Assembly (NCBI GenBank): GCA_009914755.4
Contig: CP086569.2
Span: 27,648,001-27,712,000 of the forward strand
DNA: 64,000 nucleotides
Reading direction: 5' to 3'
Source: the human T2T-CHM13v2.0 reference genome, Homo sapiens
Of the stretch, positions 62,501 to 64,000 are shown piece by piece; position 1 is the first letter of the stretch, and every line of letters begins with the position of its first letter. Below the pieces are notes generated by a model. It saw only the letters and a list, made by a program, of their open reading frames with translations. It did no database searches and was not told where the DNA came from. The position numbers and the translations under genes were made by a program.

Positions 62501-64000
62501 GGAATCAAAAGCAAACGAATGGAGTCAAACCACATTGGTTAGACTGACATCGAATAATATCAAAAGAAATGTGGTGAAGTGGAGTGGAGTGTAATGAAAT
62601 GGGGTGGAATGAAATTGAATGGAGTGGAGTGGAGTGGAGTCTACTGGAGTGGAATGGAAGGGAATGGAAAGGAATGGAATAGAATGAAGTGAAGTGCAGT
62701 GCAGTGAAATGGAGTGGAAAGGAATGGAATGGAAAGAATTGAATCAAATGGAATCGAAGTGAATCGAATCTAATGAAATTCAACGCAAAAAATGGAATGA
62801 GTAGAATCGAAAAAGATGGTTTCATATGGCAACAAATAAAATTGAATTGAATGCGGTGAGGTGGAGGGGATTGGAATGGAGTTGAATGGAATGGGGTGTA
62901 ATTGAATTGAATGGAGTGGAGTGGAGTGAACTGGAGTGCAATGGAATGGAATGGCCAGGCATGGAATTGAAAGGCGTGGAGTGGAGTGGAATTGAGAGGA
63001 GTGGAATGGAGTAGGGTGGATTGTGGTGGAGAATATTGGAAAAGAGTGGAGTGGAATGGAATGGAATGGAGTGGAGTGGAATGGAATGGAATTGAGTGAA
63101 GTGGAGTGTAGTGGAATGGAGTGTAATGGAGTGGAGTGGACTGGAGTGGAGTAGATTGCAGTGCATTGGACTGTAGGGGATAGAAGTGGCTTGGAGTCCA
63201 TAGGAGTGGAGTGGAATGGAATGGAATGGAGTGGAATGGACTGGAACGGAATGGAATGGAATGGATTTAAATGGCAGGGAATCAAATCGAATTGAATCAT
63301 ATTGAATCAAGTCGAATCGATTGGAGGAAAGAAATCGAATGAAATCGAATGGAATGAATTGAATGGAGTCGAATGTCAACCATGGAATCGGAAGTAATGT
63401 GGTAAAGTGGAGTGGAGTGTTATGGAGTGGAATGGAATGGGGTGACATGGAATTGAATACAGTGGAGAGGAGTGGAGTGGATTGGGCTAGAGTGGAACGG
63501 AAAGGGAAGGAATGGAACTGAATGGAGTGGAGTGGAATGGAGTGGAATGGAATGGAATGGAATGGAATGGAATGGAGTGGAATGGAATCGAATCACATGG
63601 AACTGAATGAAACCGAATTGAATGAAATTGAATGGAGAAAATGGAATCAAATGGAATCAAATCGAACGAATTCGAATGTCATTGAATGGAATCGAAAGGA
63701 ATGCAGTGAGGTGGGGTTGAGTGGAATGGAGTGGAATGGAATGGGATGAATGGAATTGAATGGAGGAGAGTGGAATGGAATGGAATGGAAAGGAATGGAA
63801 TTGAACAAAATTGAGTGTAATAGAATGGAGTGGATTGGAGTGGAGTGCAGGGGAGTGCAGTGGAATGAAGAGGAGTGTAGTTGAATGGAATGGAATGTAT
63901 GGAATGTACTGGAATAGAATGGATAAGAATGGAATGGAATGGAATCGCATGGAATTGAATAGAATCAAATCGAATTGAATAGAATCAAATGGAAAAAATG
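62501..64000 (+). repeat. HOR copy U21 (partial; first ~1.5 kb, truncated by the window end)
   Basis: Landmark at 62501; content tracks U19 at an offset of exactly 6216 bp. Confidence 0.85.

Larger units (their letters stand above)
1..64000 (+). repeat. Continuous tandem satellite array derived from (GGAAT)n; HSat3-like (HSat2/3 family), single orientation, GGAAT on + strand
   Basis: ggaatggaatgg / ggagtggagtgg pentamer tracts fill the window, interleaved with aatcgaatggaatcgaat-type variant pentamers. A ~3.11 kb periodicity recurs about 20 times. There is no non-repetitive sequence and the 171-bp alpha-satellite periodicity is absent. HSat3 rather than HSat2 is favoured because GATGATG/CATCATC-type HSat2 motifs are absent. 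The HSat3 ACTCGGGTTG decamer was also not found, so the subfamily call is soft. Confidence 0.88.

Noticed and set aside
245-63968. Hundreds of 60-400 aa ORFs on both strands in the six-frame track (e.g. 26344..27549 -, 31448..32533 -, 19236..20156 -)
   Set aside because: All translate to (IPFHS)n or (NGMEW)n low-complexity peptides, the direct translations of ATTCC and GGAAT. They overlap each other in multiple frames and on both strands, and their lengths change with 5-bp slippage. There is no RBS, promoter or operon logic. Not coding.
1-64000. CRISPR-like regular repeats
   Set aside because: Repeats are contiguous tandem copies (5-bp and 3.1-kb periods) with no unique spacers, no 25-40 bp repeat class and no leader. 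The sequence is eukaryotic satellite, not a CRISPR array.
1-64000. Possibility of a hidden novel prokaryotic or defence gene system
   Set aside because: There is no non-repetitive DNA at all, so nothing remains once the pentamer-derived sequence is accounted for.
1-64000. Alpha satellite or a CENP-B box
   Set aside because: No 171-bp periodicity, and no TTCGTTGGAAACGGGA-like CENP-B box was seen. The composition is GGAAT-derived, not alphoid.
1-64000. Assignment to the Y-chromosome DYZ1 HSat3 array
   Set aside because: The DYZ1 period as I recall it is ~3.56 kb, whereas the period here is ~3.11 kb. Without a database search I cannot assign a chromosome; an autosomal HSat3 array (e.g. acrocentric or 9q-type) is equally possible.
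53204-64000. Interpreting the 6216-bp near-identical duplication as necessarily biological
   Set aside because: Not rejected as an observation, but the alternative that it is an assembly artefact cannot be excluded from sequence alone. It is flagged for read-level validation rather than asserted.

Overview
The whole 64 kb window is one uninterrupted head-to-tail array of satellite DNA derived from (GGAAT)n. It is a human satellite 3-like sequence of the HSat2/3 family, with the GGAAT strand on + and ATTCC on -. I find no credible protein-coding gene, RNA gene, mobile element, CRISPR array or prokaryotic-style system here. Every ORF in the six-frame track is a frame-independent translation of the pentamer: (NGMEW)n from + frames and (IPFHS)n from - frames. 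GGAAT/ATTCC repeats carry no stop codon in any of the six frames, which is why long overlapping 'ORFs' appear on both strands.

The interesting content is the multi-level repeat architecture:
1. A 5-bp monomer, with GGAGT, GGAAC and CGAAT/CAAAT variant pentamers.
2. About eight bipartite sub-blocks per unit, each a G-rich GGAGT/GGAAT domain followed by an A-rich AATCGAAT/AATCAAAT domain, averaging ~390 bp.
3. A ~3.11 kb higher-order repeat (HOR) with 20 complete and 2 partial copies. Unit length runs 3075-3141 bp and differs mostly in multiples of 5 bp.
4. Recent multi-unit block duplications layered on the HOR: a 6.25 kb dimer block at the start, a ~12.47 kb (4-unit offset) duplication in the middle, and a near-perfect 6216-bp duplication at the 3' end.

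The 3.1 kb period does not match the ~3.56 kb period I recall for DYZ1, so I make no chromosome assignment. I find no evidence for a novel gene system; the findings concern satellite array structure and evolution.
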